The position numbers were made by a program, and so were the translations under genes. 64,000 bases of DNA from Bdellovibrionales bacterium (GTDB lineage Bacteria > Bdellovibrionota > Bdellovibrionia > Bdellovibrionales > UBA1609): the NCBI GenBank assembly GCA_027317865.1, contig DAHVQG010000011.1, forward strand, positions 43,079 through 107,078, in the 5' to 3' direction. Under the pieces are notes generated by a model. It had not been told where the DNA came from and did not search any database. It worked only from the letters and a program-made list of their open reading frames with translations. Positions within the stretch are counted from its first letter, which is position 1. Every line of letters begins with the position of its first letter. Shown piece after piece: positions 48,870 through 58,595 of the stretch.

Positions 48870-49595
48870 TTAAATTTTTCGCGTGCGCTCGATGGCACGC
48901 GCTTTCATAAATTTCAACGCTTCAGCCGCCGCTTGCTTGTACGTCATAAAAATTCGTTTTGATGTCGCACGTGTCCACCCTTCAGCCTGATAGCGCCGCG
49001 CACTTGTAAATAATGGCGAGGGAACTCTTTTAAGGGGAACGCGCTTGCCATGGGCATGCCAAACAAATATATGATCTTCGCCATAAAGAGCGCTTTCGTC
49101 AAAACCGCCGATACGGTAAAACAACGCGCGCGAGACCACAAAACCCTGATCGCCAAAGGGCAACCCTAAATAATGAGCGCGTAAATTTGCTCCTACCGAA
49201 TTGAGAGCCGTCAGTTTCGGCCCGTCGTTTAAAAATTGAAGATCAAAATAATAAATGGCGTTTGAATCGGTTTGCAGGGCACAGCCCAACGAGTACAAAG
49301 ACGAACGCGGAACTTTAGAATCGGCGTGCAAAAACCAAAAAATATTATTTTTCGCGTTTTTTGCCCCCGAATTCATTTGCACGCCCCGGCCAAGCGGCGA
49401 ATACACGTACCGCACTGCCGGTAGCATATCGCGGCTCGCACGCGACAAAATGTCGCAGCTGGGCTCGTCGGGCCCAACTAATATTATTTCTGACCTTTTC
49501 GGTAAGGGCCGCAGATCTTGAAGTAAGTCTTTCCACTTTAGGTCGGAACCATGAAATGGCACAATGACGGAAATGTCGCGCAACGACTCCGTCAT
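48870..49595 (-). CDS. Family 2 glycosyltransferase (TIGR04283-like)
   Basis: ISVIVP, GRG.QMN.GA, FLHADS, LPFGDQG, GGF, TSARRY. Confidence 0.85.
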   Translation of the reverse strand: MTESLRDISVIVPFHGSDLKWKDLLQDLRPLPKRSEIILVGPDEPSCDILSRASRDMLPAVRYVYSPLGRGVQMNSGAKNAKNNIFWFLHADSKVPRSSLYSLGCALQTDSNAIYYFDLQFLNDGPKLTALNSVGANLRAHYLGLPFGDQGFVVSRALFYRIGGFDESALYGEDHIFVWHAHGKRVPLKRVPSPLFTSARRYQAEGWTRATSKRIFMTYKQAAAEALKFMKARAIERTRKI

Positions 49596-50077
49596 AGATG
49601 CCTCGTTTTGTGCAATTTGGGAGGCGTCACAATGGCCACATATTGCCCGGAAAACTCGCAAGCGACCTTTCGATTACAAATGACTTGTGCTGTCACTTCT
49701 ATGCGGGCTCTTTTATGCGCTCGCAACGTGCGCAAAAACCGCCCCACTTCGGACGGTCGCAAAGTCCGTGTTTGAACAATAAAATCGGCGGTCACTGGGC
49801 GGTGAAATTCAGAGTGTTCCCGCTGCAATACGACTTCAGAAGACATTTTATTGCTCGCTAATATTTGCATTAATAAAGACCATGACGCGAGCGCTTGAGC
49901 GGCTATTAGAGTCCCACCAAAACCCGTCTTTTTGTGGTTTCGGTTGGGCTTAAGTGGCAAGGCAAACCGAATGCTCTTCGAACTGCATGCGCGAACTCGA
50001 ATGCCCATTTGCTTTGATAGCGGAATTTGCGTCTCTAAAACGCGCTGTAACGACAAACTACTGTTCATTGGGCCCAT
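49592..50077 (-). CDS. YiiD C-terminal-like hotdog thioesterase
   Basis: IPLS..MGI, PL.PN.NH..T.FGG. Confidence 0.8.
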   Translation of the reverse strand: MGPMNSSLSLQRVLETQIPLSKQMGIRVRACSSKSIRFALPLKPNRNHKKTGFGGTLIAAQALASWSLLMQILASNKMSSEVVLQREHSEFHRPVTADFIVQTRTLRPSEVGRFLRTLRAHKRARIEVTAQVICNRKVACEFSGQYVAIVTPPKLHKTRHL

Positions 50078-50136
50078 CCTCCTGTAAGATTCCTTTCTTG
50101 TCTAGGCCCTATCTGGCAAATTACGGGAGGCTTTTC

Positions 50137-50970
50137 GTGCCAACAAATCCTGAATATGACAAATCACGTGTGGCATTGGTGACAGGCGCTTCAAACGGTA
50201 TCGGACTTGAACTTGCTAAAATTCTTGCACGAGAACGCTACAACTTGATTTTAGTGGCTCGAACCCAAAGCAAACTCGAAGAACTCGCCAAGGAATTTGA
50301 AAAAAAACACGAAATCAAATGCCACGTCATCGCAATGGACTTGAGTTACCACGGCGCCGCACGCGAACTCTATGATCGCGTACTTAAACTCGGCGTTTCG
50401 CTAGAAATTTTGATCAACAATGCCGGCTTTGGCGACGCGGGGGAATTCATCAATTCGCAAACCACCAAAGTCGAAAGCATGATGACTCTCAATATGGAGA
50501 CTCTGACCTTGGTCACCCGATATTTTGCCGCGCACATGGTAAATCGGGGCAGCGGCCGAATTCTCAATATCGCTTCAACCGCAGCGTTTCAACCAGGGCC
50601 ATACATGGCAGTATATTACGCAACGAAAGCGTATGTTTTGAGTTTCACTGAAGCGCTTGCCGTAGAGTTAACAGGAACCGGCGTGACCGCAACCGCGCTT
50701 TGCCCGGGCCCCGTACTGACGGGTTTTCAAGCCGCAGCCAACATGGCCGCTGACGCGGGGATGTTAAAAACGCCGGCGATGCTGTCAGCAAATAAGGTTG
50801 CTGAAATTGGCTACGAATCAATGAAGAGCGGCGAACCCCTCGCAGTGGCTGGGGTCGTCAATCAAATTATGGCATTTTCGACACGGTTCGCTCCGCGAAA
50901 AGTAGCCGCCAAAATTGCCAGTCGATTTAATCAAAGTGCGCGCACCTTGCGCCGTAAAGGAGCATTATGA
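50137..50970 (+). CDS. SDR-family NAD(P)-dependent oxidoreductase
   Basis: TGASNGIG, NNAG, YYATK, CPGP; GGGAGG SD before GTG 50137. Confidence 0.92.
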   Translation: MPTNPEYDKSRVALVTGASNGIGLELAKILARERYNLILVARTQSKLEELAKEFEKKHEIKCHVIAMDLSYHGAARELYDRVLKLGVSLEILINNAGFGDAGEFINSQTTKVESMMTLNMETLTLVTRYFAAHMVNRGSGRILNIASTAAFQPGPYMAVYYATKAYVLSFTEALAVELTGTGVTATALCPGPVLTGFQAAANMAADAGMLKTPAMLSANKVAEIGYESMKSGEPLAVAGVVNQIMAFSTRFAPRKVAAKIASRFNQSARTLRRKGAL

Positions 50971-52319
50971 AACTTGCCGTCGTCGGTACCGGTTATGTAG
51001 GTCTTGTCACGGGTACGTGTTTGGCAGAAGTTGGCAACACCGTGACGTGCGTAGATGTCGATGAATCGAAAATTCGCCGCCTACAGGACGGCATCATCCC
51101 GATTTATGAGCCCGGCCTTGAAGACCTGGTCAAAAGCAACTACACCGCTAAGCGCTTGCAGTTTACAACAAATTTAGTTGACGCTGTACACGGCCACGAG
51201 ATTTTAATGATTGCCGTCGGCACTCCTCCAAACGAAGACGGCAGCGCAGACCTAAAACATGTGTTAAACGTTGCGCGCGTGATCGGCGAAACCATGACAT
51301 CACCCAAGTTGATCATCACCAAATCAACCGTTCCTGTCGGTACAGGCGATAAAATAAAAACGACGATTCACGAGGCGCTGAAAAAACGCGGCGCCCATGT
51401 TTCTTTTTCAATCGCGTCAAATCCAGAATTTTTGAAAGAAGGTGCGGCGGTTAACGATTTTATGCGGCCCGATCGAATTGTTGTGGGCTGTGAAGACGAT
51501 TTTGCAAAGAAAAGAATCGAGCAATTGTACTCGCCGTTCATTTTGAATCGTCACCCGGTTATATTTATGGATATCCGTTCTGCCGAACTCACCAAATATG
51601 CCGCTAATGCGATGCTTGCGACAAAGATTTCATTCATGAACGAAATTGCCCAAGTCGCAGAAAAAGTAGGAGCTGATGTCACTGCGGTTCGCAATGGTAT
51701 CGGATCAGACGCGCGTATTGGGTATCACTTCACCTATCCCGGAATTGGTTACGGGGGGTCGTGCTTTCCGAAGGATGTCAAAGCATTGAGGCAAACCGCG
51801 CGCGAAAACGGACTCAATGTAGAACTATTGAATGCGGTCGAGAATGTTAATAAATCTCAGCGTGAGCGATTCATAAAAAAAATCGAAAATCACTATGCAG
51901 GGGCGAAAAGCAAAACCTCCACCCTGGCCGGACGCAAATTTGCCGTTTGGGGTTTAAGCTTCAAACCAGAGACCGACGACATTCGCGAAGCCCCGTCTCT
52001 TGATATCATCGGCCACCTTCTTCGTAGCGGTGCACACGTCGCCGCGTTTGATCCAATAGCTGGCGAAAACGCGCGCGAATATTTTGAAAAGCATGAGGGT
52101 TCAAAACTCGAAATTTGCACAGATCAATACACTCCTCTTGAGCAGGCCGACGCGCTTCTACTTCTTACCGAATGGAAGCCCTTTCGATCACCCGATTTTG
52201 AACGAATGAAATCCCTGCTGAAACAGCCGGTTATCTTTGACGGGCGTAATCAGTACGATTTGGCGCAAATGCGCGAACTGGGTTTTCGCTATTTTTGTGT
52301 CGGCCGCCCGCCCGTTTAA
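50967..52319 (+). CDS. ugd: UDP-glucose 6-dehydrogenase
   Basis: GTGYVG, AVGTP, SNPEFLKEG, GYGGSCFPKD, FKPETDD, DGRN. Confidence 0.95.
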   Translation: MKLAVVGTGYVGLVTGTCLAEVGNTVTCVDVDESKIRRLQDGIIPIYEPGLEDLVKSNYTAKRLQFTTNLVDAVHGHEILMIAVGTPPNEDGSADLKHVLNVARVIGETMTSPKLIITKSTVPVGTGDKIKTTIHEALKKRGAHVSFSIASNPEFLKEGAAVNDFMRPDRIVVGCEDDFAKKRIEQLYSPFILNRHPVIFMDIRSAELTKYAANAMLATKISFMNEIAQVAEKVGADVTAVRNGIGSDARIGYHFTYPGIGYGGSCFPKDVKALRQTARENGLNVELLNAVENVNKSQRERFIKKIENHYAGAKSKTSTLAGRKFAVWGLSFKPETDDIREAPSLDIIGHLLRSGAHVAAFDPIAGENAREYFEKHEGSKLEICTDQYTPLEQADALLLLTEWKPFRSPDFERMKSLLKQPVIFDGRNQYDLAQMRELGFRYFCVGRPPV

Positions 52320-52393
52320 ATTATTTTGAAAACATTACGGATTGACAGATCCGCCCGTCTTCGATGATGGTCCCTAGGTCATTGGGGGGGGAT

Positions 52394-53989
52394 ATGCGAC
52401 AAACCGTTTTTCTACCGTATCGAGTTTTATTTGCCTTTTTCACAATTGTACTACTGTTGGGCTTGGCGCCGTCGGCATTCGCCCGCGAGAAATCCTGCCC
52501 CGCCTTACTCGAAAATAATTCACCGTTTGTCAGCGGCTCAAGTGAACTAAAGACCAAATGGGTTGAACAAGAATTACAAAACATCGAAAATTCGGCTGAT
52601 CCGGAACGAAAAATGGTCCGCCAAGCTAATCAAGAGCAAGGCATCGATGCTTTGTCTCTCAACCGTGAAATCATTCAAAATCATAATTCGAATTATACCC
52701 ATAAAATTGAAACGGCATGCATAACCAATCAATATCAGTCCGGCCGCTGTTGGTTGTTTGCAAGCCTCAATATGTTACGCCCCAAATTATTGGCGGCAAA
52801 CCTCGTGGACGAGAAGTTCGAATTCTCCGAAAATTACCTCTATTTTTTCGCTATGCTTGAAAAATCGAATTCATTTTTAAAGACCAGCGAAACCGCCGTA
52901 AGAAAATATGCAAATAATCGGCGAAGACTTTTAAATTACATAAATAGATATGCGTACGTTGGTGACGGCGGCTATTATCAATGGTTTGTATATCTTGCTG
53001 AAAAATATGGCCTTGTACCGAAATCGGCGATGCAAGAGGCTTCTGGGTCCGTTGATACCGAGGCCTTAACGGCGGATCTTCAGCGTAAATTGCTTCTCGT
53101 AACGGAACAAATGCGTCAGCGCGTTTTACAAGGCGGTTCAGAAAGCAAAATAGATACGGACCTTCGTGCCATTCGAGAAGCCGGCCTTCGCGACGTCATG
53201 GTTATGCTGGTAACGCATTTGGGGACACCTCCACAAGAATTTAGTTTTCGAATTGCAAAATCAAACGAGCAAACGGGCAAAAAAAATAGTAAAACCAAAA
53301 AAAGCAAGAGTAGTCCGCTCGAAATAGAAAAGGCTGTTGTCAAAAAGTTCACGCCTCAAACATTTGCGCGGAAATTCGCAAAATTCGACCCTAATGAGTA
53401 TGTAACTCTATTTTATAATCCCCGGTTTGCCCCAAACAAATTTTACGAATTGACGAGGTCAAAAATCGGTATTGAAAAAGCCCCCAAGACCCAACATGCG
53501 TATTCTGGGCTAAACTTGCCGATTGAACGGATTGAACAGTTGATCGTTAAATCAATAGATTCGGGCCAATCGCTCTATTTTGCGTCGGACGTGTTAGACA
53601 GCGCGGATTTTTCACCTAAAAACCCAGTGAAACCGGTATCAGGTATACTTCATCCAAAACTTTTTAACCACGACCCTATATATGGTTTTACTGGCGACAG
53701 ATCTTTATACCCGCCACGCCGGTTTCTCGATTTTTATCGACTGATCGCTCCGACTCATGCGATGGTCATCGTCGGTTACGACCGCCCAGATCCTCACGCA
53801 CCGGTAATTAAATTTTTAGTTGAAAACTCATGGGGCAAACGAGTGGGAGATGAAGGTTATCTTCATATGTACCGCGAATGGTTGTACCAAGATGTCTTCG
53901 CAGTTACGATTCGCCGTGATTTGCTCAACCCCGAAGAGCAAAAGGCGCTTCGCTTACCACCCACAAAAGTGAGAGAGTCGGAGTGGTAA
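52394..53989 (+). CDS. Secreted C1B cysteine aminopeptidase (PepC/bleomycin hydrolase family)
   Basis: Signal ending AFA; NQYQSGRCWLFA, DGG, THAM, VENSWG. Confidence 0.88.
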   Translation: MRQTVFLPYRVLFAFFTIVLLLGLAPSAFAREKSCPALLENNSPFVSGSSELKTKWVEQELQNIENSADPERKMVRQANQEQGIDALSLNREIIQNHNSNYTHKIETACITNQYQSGRCWLFASLNMLRPKLLAANLVDEKFEFSENYLYFFAMLEKSNSFLKTSETAVRKYANNRRRLLNYINRYAYVGDGGYYQWFVYLAEKYGLVPKSAMQEASGSVDTEALTADLQRKLLLVTEQMRQRVLQGGSESKIDTDLRAIREAGLRDVMVMLVTHLGTPPQEFSFRIAKSNEQTGKKNSKTKKSKSSPLEIEKAVVKKFTPQTFARKFAKFDPNEYVTLFYNPRFAPNKFYELTRSKIGIEKAPKTQHAYSGLNLPIERIEQLIVKSIDSGQSLYFASDVLDSADFSPKNPVKPVSGILHPKLFNHDPIYGFTGDRSLYPPRRFLDFYRLIAPTHAMVIVGYDRPDPHAPVIKFLVENSWGKRVGDEGYLHMYREWLYQDVFAVTIRRDLLNPEEQKALRLPPTKVRESEW

Positions 53990-54199
53990 ATTTATCGCGA
54001 CTTGACCAGTAAATTTGGGCGGCCCGGAACAAAAGGGCCGACTAAAGTTTGTACACCTTCGTGTTTTTGTGACGTCGTTATTTAAATTTCTTAGCCGGTT
54101 TATTTGACAAATTTCGGCACAGCCTTGCAAATTTTGGCAGTGCTGCTCATTACTGTCGCCTCATGAATCGCGCTGTAAACGTCTTTCTACGGCTCGTGA

Positions 54200-54215
54200 T
54201 GGCGCTTGCTTTGCA
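54200..54215 (+). promoter_or_regulatory. Putative sigma54 -24/-12 promoter
   Basis: TGGCGC-TTGCT-TTGCA upstream of ATG 54347. Confidence 0.5.
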
Positions 54216-54346
54216 AGATTTGTCGCAACAGTAAGCATGAGTATGTGTTGTTTTTGTATTTGTAAAACATACATATTGATTGTCGGAGCGGCAATCCGTT
54301 AATATCGCGCTGCAATCAATGTGAATAAGGAAAGGGAGAAACTGTT

Positions 54347-55033
54347 ATGAAAAAGCACGTAATCTTCGCGGCGATCATCGCAAGTATGATTGGTACCGTC
54401 GCGTTTGCGCAAGAAGCTACTGTTGAAGATGCAGGATCGGCAGCGCAACGAGCTGCAGAGCATATCGAACAAATGCGAGGCGCAATCGGCGTTAATGCTG
54501 CCGCCGGCGTGAGTGCTGTTGGTGGCGCTGCTGAAGCCGCTCAAGGTGCCCTTTTCTCAAACAACACGAATGGCATTGCAAAAGCGTTAATCGGCCAGTC
54601 GGTTCATGTTGCAGTCGGTGGACAGTGCACGGGCAACAATGCAATGAACCAATTAACCCCAGCTCAAAAAGCCGTTATGTTTAAAGCTGAAAACATGGGC
54701 TTAGTGAATGATCCGTGCTTGGGCAAATCTGATGTATCCGTTCTCCCCGAAGTTTTGCAGATGAAACAAGCTCAAGAGCAAACGCTCGCGAATGCCGGTT
54801 TTTCAAATGTGAATGACCAAGGCGTTACCGAGTCACTCAGAGAAGCAATAATGAACTCCGAAATCAAAGCCATTTATGCCTATAGAGTCGCCCATCACGA
54901 AGCGGGTGCGACCCTAGAAGCCGCTGCCGAGACGGAAAATGAACTTCTCAACCACACGCCTGTCTGCTGGAATACAAAGGCGCAGGCCCAAGCGGGTGAA
55001 CAACTGTTACACGCTCGCTACGGGATCGACTAA
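54347..55033 (+). CDS. Secreted Ala-rich hypothetical protein
   Basis: GGGAG SD, MKKH...AFA signal peptide. Confidence 0.75.
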   Translation: MKKHVIFAAIIASMIGTVAFAQEATVEDAGSAAQRAAEHIEQMRGAIGVNAAAGVSAVGGAAEAAQGALFSNNTNGIAKALIGQSVHVAVGGQCTGNNAMNQLTPAQKAVMFKAENMGLVNDPCLGKSDVSVLPEVLQMKQAQEQTLANAGFSNVNDQGVTESLREAIMNSEIKAIYAYRVAHHEAGATLEAAAETENELLNHTPVCWNTKAQAQAGEQLLHARYGID

Positions 55034-55070
55034 AGGTCGAAGAAGTATATTTAATTAAAAACCTTTCCGA

Positions 55071-55100
55071 AAAAGGCCAGCCCCACGTGGTTGGCCTTTT
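55071..55100 (+). terminator. Rho-independent terminator (possibly bidirectional)
   Basis: AAAAGGCCA...TGGCCTTTT followed by TGTTTT. Confidence 0.75.
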
Positions 55101-55158
55101 TGTTTTGTAGTGAAATTTGACAGTTGAACATTACGTTTACACAAATCTACCGCGTTTT

Positions 55159-55174
55159 CGGCCCCGGTTTTGCA
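55159..55174 (+). promoter_or_regulatory. Putative sigma54 -24/-12 promoter
   Basis: CGGCCC-CGGTT-TTGCA upstream of ATG 55221. Confidence 0.45.
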
Positions 55175-55220
55175 CCCATCTAAAGCCAGTTGCGTTTTAC
55201 GCGCAAAAGGCACGGTTTAA

Positions 55221-58200
55221 ATGCTCTCGAAACGGCTCTATCGTCTTATTTTAACGGCCCTTTTTACTTGGTCATCCATCGCAATGGCGACGCCCATCTG
55301 CGTGCCGGGTGAAAACGGCACATTAGCAGTAGCGCCCTTGAGCGATAGCTCGTCACAATTGTTAAACGGTTTAGCTACCGAAACAAAATCAATGCTTGAA
55401 CTGGCAACCAACGCCAGATTCAATTTATTTGAAAGCCCCGTCTCGCCTGCTACGCAACCCGCTTTGACCGTCGAAAGCGAACTCCAATCCATACGTAATC
55501 AAATCAATAACGAACTAATCCAATTTGCAAGCTCGAACAATTCGCCATTCAATCCCGCCTTAGCTCCAAAACTTCATAATTTAATAGCGCAATATTTAGA
55601 AGCCGCATTCGATTTTACCGAAATGAGCGCCTACAGTAACCCGTATTCAATAACCGCGTTTTTACCGGCGCAGCAACGAGTCGCTCTTCAGATACCCACT
55701 CCCGTGTGGATGATTTTGAATCTTGAAAAGCCGATTCCATTTGCCGCGATTATTCAGTATCTGCCTTCCGCTGTTCGTGTCAGTTTGTCGCCTGAATCTA
55801 TTTATATAGCGCTTCGAGAAGTGGCCGCGCGTTCTGAAATGTTGCAAATGCAGCATAAGGCGATTTTCGAGGTGACCCGTTGCGCGCTTTCAGACGCTAT
55901 GGTTGCACAATATTTCGCGCAAGAATCGATTCGGGGGATTGCTCCTGAACAAATTCAACTACCTATCGCCCCTGCGACTCCGGCTTGTCTGGCCCTGCCA
56001 ATTGGCGAACTTGAAAATCTACAAAGACATCGACTAGGCGAACAAAGCGAAGGGCAATTTCGAAGTGGGCTTATTGAACAAACGTTTTCTCCTGATAAAG
56101 TTGAATCGCCGCAACTCATTCAGAATCTAAATAACTTCAATCTTAACGGTCCCGACCTTCTTGCTCTTATCTGGAGTCCCGAAACCTCGACGGACATCAA
56201 CCCCAACTTAAACGCGCAAGGAGCCGGCATCATCGACGCACAGCTTGCACAAGCGGTGCAAAGTGCCGAAAAAAATGTCGCGTACTTTTCCCCACTGATG
56301 AACATGACCGCCTCGCCCGCGTTTCAAGAAATCATTAACGGGATGATTTCGTCGTGCAATCTCTCGTATTCGCCGCAAAATATATCCGCAATGTCAGCGG
56401 CTGCGACTCAAAAAATGAATGCAGATCTTTTGTACAAACTCGATCTTTCAGAAGGCGTTCTCGGTCTTAATCTGGGCGATTTTGTTAAATTTTACACTGG
56501 TCATCTCGCAAGTCTTTCGCAACTCGATCCCACCTCCGTGCGAAATGCACTCAGACAAATGTTGATTTACAAAAAGTACTCGGACGCGCGAGAAATTTTG
56601 CAGTCGTTTTTTGAACTCAAAACGTTTTCTGAAACGCCTTCGGCCACGCAGCTCGTCGACCGGCTGAGCGGCCGTCTTTACAAAATCGCAGTCAGCACCG
56701 TCGATCAAGCTCTCGCTCAACCTGCGGTTGCCCAATGGTTTAACAATATCGTTAACTTTGTGATTTCGGCGAAGGCCAATCAATCTAACGATTCAAACCC
56801 GACGTTTTTACCTCAGCGTCAGTTTGACCGGAGCGCTGTTCAACTCGCGATGATCGCCAATTTTGTACACAATCCGAAAACTCCACTTAGCAAGATTTTA
56901 TTTTACCCCAATCTAATGGCCGAAACTCGACAGGCCGCGCTTAGCACCGTTTTGACAGGTCTAAATAAGGACTATTTTAAATTAACACTCAACCAAACTA
57001 CTCCCGCTGAAAAAAAGGCTGTTTGGCAGGTCGTAAAACAAAAGATCAACCAAAAAGCACAATTTATGGGCACGAACTGCCACACCGATAGCAAATTTGT
57101 TCAAGACGCAAAAGTCGTGGCCGCGTGGGCTGAAGCATTTACGATTCAAATTCCGCAGTCGCAAAAAAGTATATATCATGAGCAATGCTCCCTCATGAGT
57201 TCTACGGCAAAGATGATGGGGCTTGAACTGCCGCAAGTGCCGCAAACTTTACAAGGTATTGTGCCGGTCTTAAATCAGGTTTTGGGCGCCAGACAAGCGC
57301 AAAAGGCTATTGCGACTTACCGCGAACTTTTAATTAAACAAATTCTATCTTCAACTCGCTTTTTACTTATGCGTTACTCTTGGCATCAAAAAAATAAAAC
57401 TGCACCTTATGTTTACCAAGTTGTCGCGGAAGCGAGCCAAAACCCGGATAAACAACGAGGGATTATCAACTGGTCCTTGCAGTACAGCAGTTCGCAACTT
57501 GCAAAAACCGCAAAAAAATATTTGATCGCACACGACATGGCCGGATTAACCGGGCTTTTTAAAGACTCGAACGGCGCTGCGGGGATGCTCGGCGATGCCC
57601 CTGCGGCACAACAAGCCGTAGTAGCAGAGGGAGATGCGGCACGTCGCTATGATCCAAGTGAAATCAACTATGAAATCTATCAGGGCGCAAAAATGGATTT
57701 TATATCTGCGATCCAGTGGATTTGGGGAATGCAAATTCTTGGAGCATTCTGGGGGCGCGCAGCCGTTTGGTCGGCTCGCCTCGATGATTTTGCCGGCTCA
57801 CTTTTTTCAACGCCTGCAATAATGGGGCAGCTTGGCATCGATTGGGCCGTTCAGCGCGCGCGCATCGGCGAAAATTCTGGCATCAAATTGTCCAACATAA
57901 ACGGAATGTATTGGTCACAAGGTTTTAAAGCATCAGGTGTGGCGTCGTTTATGAACGATGGAATGTACAGTCGCGAAACAGCTATTTTAGCGCAAGAAAA
58001 TCATCAGGCTCGTGTCCAAAAATATGTGGATTACGGCATAGGCGGCGTCGTAGCGGGAGCGTCAGCTTTTGCCACATTCGGCGATCAAATTGCAAATCGC
58101 ATGGTCCAATCGGGCCGAATTCCCTTTACTGTTGCCAGAAGGATTCGTGCGTTAAAAATGGCGGAGCTATCGGGTGACTCTGAAAAAGTCACTCGAATCG

Positions 58201-58595
58201 AAGAATCGATAAGTAAATCCGCGTCCCGGCAAGTTCGTCGTTTGGGAACTGACATGCGCGCTCTTGATAATCCAGCCAGCTTTCGACTTTCAGCGCTGAA
58301 AAGCGGGCTACGCAAGGTGCAGTTTTCACCCGAAAGTACGCAAGAGCAAATTTTTAGAGCGCAAGAAGCCTATCAAAGGATTATTAGAAACATTGGCAGA
58401 AGAGTTGAGGTTGCCGAAGCCATTGGCAGAAGAGCAAATATTACCGATATTTCCACAAAAGCCAGTGCCGCACGCTACGTTAAAATTTACGCAAACTCCT
58501 TAAGAGTTGGCGAAGACGGCACCGCACTCACTAGTCAGGAACTGATTCGACTTCACAATGCCGCAGTTGAACTCGCAAACGGCGGTGTAAAATGA
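55221..58595 (+). CDS. Very large secreted helical hypothetical protein with C-proximal hydrophobic segments
   Basis: 1124-aa ORF, signal ending AMA; FISAIQWIWGMQILGAFW and YGIGGVVAGASAFATFG segments. Confidence 0.8.
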   Translation: MLSKRLYRLILTALFTWSSIAMATPICVPGENGTLAVAPLSDSSSQLLNGLATETKSMLELATNARFNLFESPVSPATQPALTVESELQSIRNQINNELIQFASSNNSPFNPALAPKLHNLIAQYLEAAFDFTEMSAYSNPYSITAFLPAQQRVALQIPTPVWMILNLEKPIPFAAIIQYLPSAVRVSLSPESIYIALREVAARSEMLQMQHKAIFEVTRCALSDAMVAQYFAQESIRGIAPEQIQLPIAPATPACLALPIGELENLQRHRLGEQSEGQFRSGLIEQTFSPDKVESPQLIQNLNNFNLNGPDLLALIWSPETSTDINPNLNAQGAGIIDAQLAQAVQSAEKNVAYFSPLMNMTASPAFQEIINGMISSCNLSYSPQNISAMSAAATQKMNADLLYKLDLSEGVLGLNLGDFVKFYTGHLASLSQLDPTSVRNALRQMLIYKKYSDAREILQSFFELKTFSETPSATQLVDRLSGRLYKIAVSTVDQALAQPAVAQWFNNIVNFVISAKANQSNDSNPTFLPQRQFDRSAVQLAMIANFVHNPKTPLSKILFYPNLMAETRQAALSTVLTGLNKDYFKLTLNQTTPAEKKAVWQVVKQKINQKAQFMGTNCHTDSKFVQDAKVVAAWAEAFTIQIPQSQKSIYHEQCSLMSSTAKMMGLELPQVPQTLQGIVPVLNQVLGARQAQKAIATYRELLIKQILSSTRFLLMRYSWHQKNKTAPYVYQVVAEASQNPDKQRGIINWSLQYSSSQLAKTAKKYLIAHDMAGLTGLFKDSNGAAGMLGDAPAAQQAVVAEGDAARRYDPSEINYEIYQGAKMDFISAIQWIWGMQILGAFWGRAAVWSARLDDFAGSLFSTPAIMGQLGIDWAVQRARIGENSGIKLSNINGMYWSQGFKASGVASFMNDGMYSRETAILAQENHQARVQKYVDYGIGGVVAGASAFATFGDQIANRMVQSGRIPFTVARRIRALKMAELSGDSEKVTRIEESISKSASRQVRRLGTDMRALDNPASFRLSALKSGLRKVQFSPESTQEQIFRAQEAYQRIIRNIGRRVEVAEAIGRRANITDISTKASAARYVKIYANSLRVGEDGTALTSQELIRLHNAAVELANGGVK

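Noticed and set aside
48870-49595. Arsenosugar or other secondary-metabolite cluster
   Set aside because: The glycosyltransferase resembles that family, but the radical SAM and methyltransferase partners are absent here
54116-54130. Additional sigma54 promoter CGGCAC-AGCC-TTGCA
   Set aside because: Spacing is one base short of the strict GG-N10-GC requirement
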